Shown one piece after another: positions 61,161 to 64,000 of a stretch of DNA of 64,000 nt; positions within the stretch are counted from its first letter, which is position 1; each line of letters opens with the position of its first letter. The DNA comes from Camelus ferus (taxonomy: Eukaryota), in the NCBI RefSeq assembly GCF_009834535.1, contig NC_045697.1, positions 2,172,001-2,236,000 of the forward strand, written 5' to 3'. Under the pieces are notes generated by a model. It saw nothing but the letters and a program-made list of their open reading frames with translations, had not been told where the DNA came from and ran no database searches. Both the position numbers and the translations under genes were made by a program.

Positions 61161-63168
61161 TGATACGGGAGAAGGCCCAGGAGGCAGGACCTGCGAGGCC
61201 ACAGCTGGTGGGGGCCCACCGGGGGATGCAGGTGTCCAAGACGGGCTGGGGTCAAGGGGTCAGGCATTGGTCACATTTGCCTGCCGCACTTCCTGAAATT
61301 CCACCAGTAAGAGAACAAGGCACAGAATGCCTCCATCAGTCCTCTGTCCCCACGTCCCAGGTGGCAAAAACTCCCAGGTAAGGAGCCCAGAGTTTAGGAA
61401 GCCCTTGATGGTATGAAGGAGCTGCTGGAGCGCTGCAGGGGAGATGTGGTCTTCTCAACCTGGAAAGCAAGCACGCCTCCTCCAGGGGAGGAGGGAGATT
61501 ACGCTTCGTGAAGGAGCCCCGGGGTCTCTGGTCCGCTCACTCTAGCCCGGGAGTCTGTCCCTGTTTGCACTAGTGGCACACATCCGTTGTGCAGAATCGC
61601 CTCCCAGCATGGGGCAGCTAAGCAGGTGGCGGGAGAGCCGGTCTCCGCGCAGCTGCAGTCTTGGTCTGGGCTCGGAGCGGGACGTAGGAACAGCTCTCGG
61701 TATTTCCAGCAGAGATGGATTTAATCAGGGAATGAGGCGTTGGAAGAATGGCAAGTGGGGACCAGGAACTGGAACCCAGGCCCCGGGGCCCCTGCTCTGC
61801 CCACGCCTGGTGGGTGTGGCCAGTTGGTCTACCGCAGCCGCCAGCCCAGGGTCACCCCTGCCAAGCTCCAGCCGCTTGGGTCTTCCATATCCTTCTGCAA
61901 AACCACATGTCTGATTTTATCATGAAAACCATGGGAGCTTTCGGGACAGGATCCACATCTCTGCCTGTCTGCATGGCGCGTACTCCATCCTTAGGGGAGC
62001 TCGACCCTGTGACAAAGGGCCCTGTCCTGCAGGTGATGGCAGGCGACACTCACAGATCCCTTCCATGGCTCCGGTCTGGCCGACTGGCCCCACGCTCTCT
62101 GGAGAAAGAGACACGGCTGTGGATCTCAGGGGATAAGCCTGGGCTCAGAGGGTGCAGCAGCTTCCCCAGCGAGGCCCATCCTCAAACTTACCAGCCTTTT
62201 GGCCCCAGGCCTTTGCACATGCTGTGCCCTCTGACTGTGACCCTTTCCCCTCAGCTCTTTGCTTGACTGATGCCCTCCCTGACCACTGCAGCCTTACTCC
62301 TTGACAAGACAGTGGCTGCCAAACTCTCCAATTCCCTGTCAGAAAGATCCAGAATCCTGGAATCCTGTGAGAGCATCAGGCTCACAGACACTCAGAGCTG
62401 AGTGGGACCTTTCAGACCTCACTGTGCCCTGGACCCTCCGGCCTGTCTGCTGGGTGGCCGCGTGGCTTCGACTTGTCCTCTTCCGGGGACAGGGAGCTCA
62501 CCATCTCGTGGGGCAGCGGGTCCCAGTGGCCACTCGCTCTGCTGGGCCTCTGTTTCCCTGCAGCTCGCCCTCCCTGCCCCCCCCCCCCCCCAGCGCTGAG
62601 CCCCTCAGTTCCCTCTGCGCCGCTGATCCCACGGAACTGTCTGCTCTCTTGCCTGGTTATTATCAGTATCTGGCTGCCTTTAATGTCCCCTGGGTCCCCA
62701 ACTCCCCTAAGACAGAGCCCTGTGCAGGCCAGACAGCCTCGAGGGACCCACGTCAGTCTATTTGCGGCAGGAAAGGTTAGCTGGCTCTTGGGAAATGTCA
62801 CAGGACAAGTGAGAGCTGGCCAGAAGCGAGGCCAGTGATGCTCTGTCACTTTCCAAGTCTCCTTCCTTAATCCGTCAAGGAGGAAAACAAGCAGTGACGA
62901 GTTTCCCAGGGCAGCCACCAGCGAGCAGCGTGTCCTCTCCCCGTCTGAGCTTGTCCCGGGAGGACGGGTCTGGCCGGCGGCTGCTGGCCCTGGCCCCAGT
63001 GGCCAGGGCCGGGTCCTGGGGTGTGACTCCCAGGCACGCGGGCTTGGCTGGAGGACTGGAGTCGGCACGGCTAATTCAATTCATCTGCTCCAGGACACGG
63101 AGCGGACGGGAAAAGAGCCCGGAGTGGGGCGGACGCTCACTCTGAGTCAGAAAGCGAGTCTGTGGGGG

Positions 63169-63170
<2 letters not shown>

Positions 63171-63241
<71 letters not shown>
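63171..63241. repeat. Perfect (GA)35 microsatellite
   Basis: Uninterrupted GA dinucleotide run. Confidence 0.98.
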
Positions 63242-63245
<4 letters not shown>

Positions 63246-63304
63246 CGGGGGGTACCAGTCGTCTGAACTAGAAACTTCTGTTTACTCCATCACCATCTGC
63301 TGCC

Positions 63305-63750
63305 CACCCAGCCGTCCTCTGTCTGTCTATTCACCCACTCACCCATCCAGCACCCATCCCTGAATCCACCTACTCACTCACCCATTCACCCACAAACCAG
63401 CTTGTTTCCTCCTATATGTCCCCAAATTCACCTCTCCACCCATCCACCCCCCATCCATTGTCTTACCCACCCCACCTAACACACCACCCAGCCACCTTCT
63501 CAACCTACTACCCGTCCATCCACACACCCATTGACCTCTCCTCCATGCATATCCCGTTACCCATCACCCATACGTCACCCCCTGCACTCCCACCCACTTC
63601 CCCCCTCACCCATTCACCCACCCACCTGCCCTACTACCTAGTTACCACCACATGCAGGAAAATTCTCTCCACTCACTTATGTACCTACTCTTACATCCAC
63701 TCACCAACTGTGGTCTAGCCATCACCCACCCACCCACCCACCCATTCATC
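63305..63750. repeat. Degenerate (CCCA/TCCA)n low-complexity tract
   Basis: cacccacccacccattcatc... repeats. Confidence 0.85.
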
Positions 63751-64000
63751 TGAACAACACACACCAGTGGTATGCTCTTCGAAGGCTTGTCCACAGACTC
63801 CAGCTCAGCTTTGGGATTTGCAGCATCCAGTGAGTGTCATTTTAGCCCCTGGAAGGTGTGGTCTCACCAGGAAGACTGCCAGTCAAAGTCACGTTCACGG
63901 AGGGATTGATAAATGCAAAATCCAAAAGCACTCCGGGGTGGGGTGTGCAGAGAGGATGGGGAGGGGATCTTTACGGGGGCAAGGGCTGATGGGCCAAACT

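Noticed and set aside
42000..64000. Additional protein-coding gene upstream of LRPAP1
   Set aside because: No ORF with recognisable homology or consistent exon chain; the region is dominated by repeats. A lncRNA cannot be excluded from sequence alone.

Overview
GC-rich mammalian genomic DNA. tRNA-derived SINEs resembling camelid-type elements suggest a camel/alpaca relative (inference). The window holds the 3' half of DOK7 on the + strand: canonical exons at 1304-1423, 3195-3314 and 3958-4697, plus three further in-phase coding exons (8465-8507, 12355-12483, 12752-12888) that give a long isoform. It also holds the complete 8-exon LRPAP1/RAP gene on the - strand (40889 to 19847, 364 aa, ending HNEL) with its CpG-island promoter. 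The remaining ~23 kb is repeat-rich with no recognisable gene: ERV LTRs (one with a tRNA-Arg primer-binding site), MaLR, L1, L2, MIR and simple repeats. The main points of interest are (1) the DOK7 long-isoform tail, which carries an FRS2-like set of Grb2 and tandem SHP2-type tyrosine motifs; (2) a 5'-complete, 3'-truncated RPL12 retrocopy without a poly(A) tail, sitting in the inter-ORF spacer of a co-oriented L1; (3) a (CCG)6(CTG)6(CTC)3 repeat in the LRPAP1 signal peptide; and (4) strong AT-to-GC drift in the transposon relics. Comparisons with human proteins and repeat consensi are from memory, not from database searches. Repeat boundaries are approximate unless termini are quoted.
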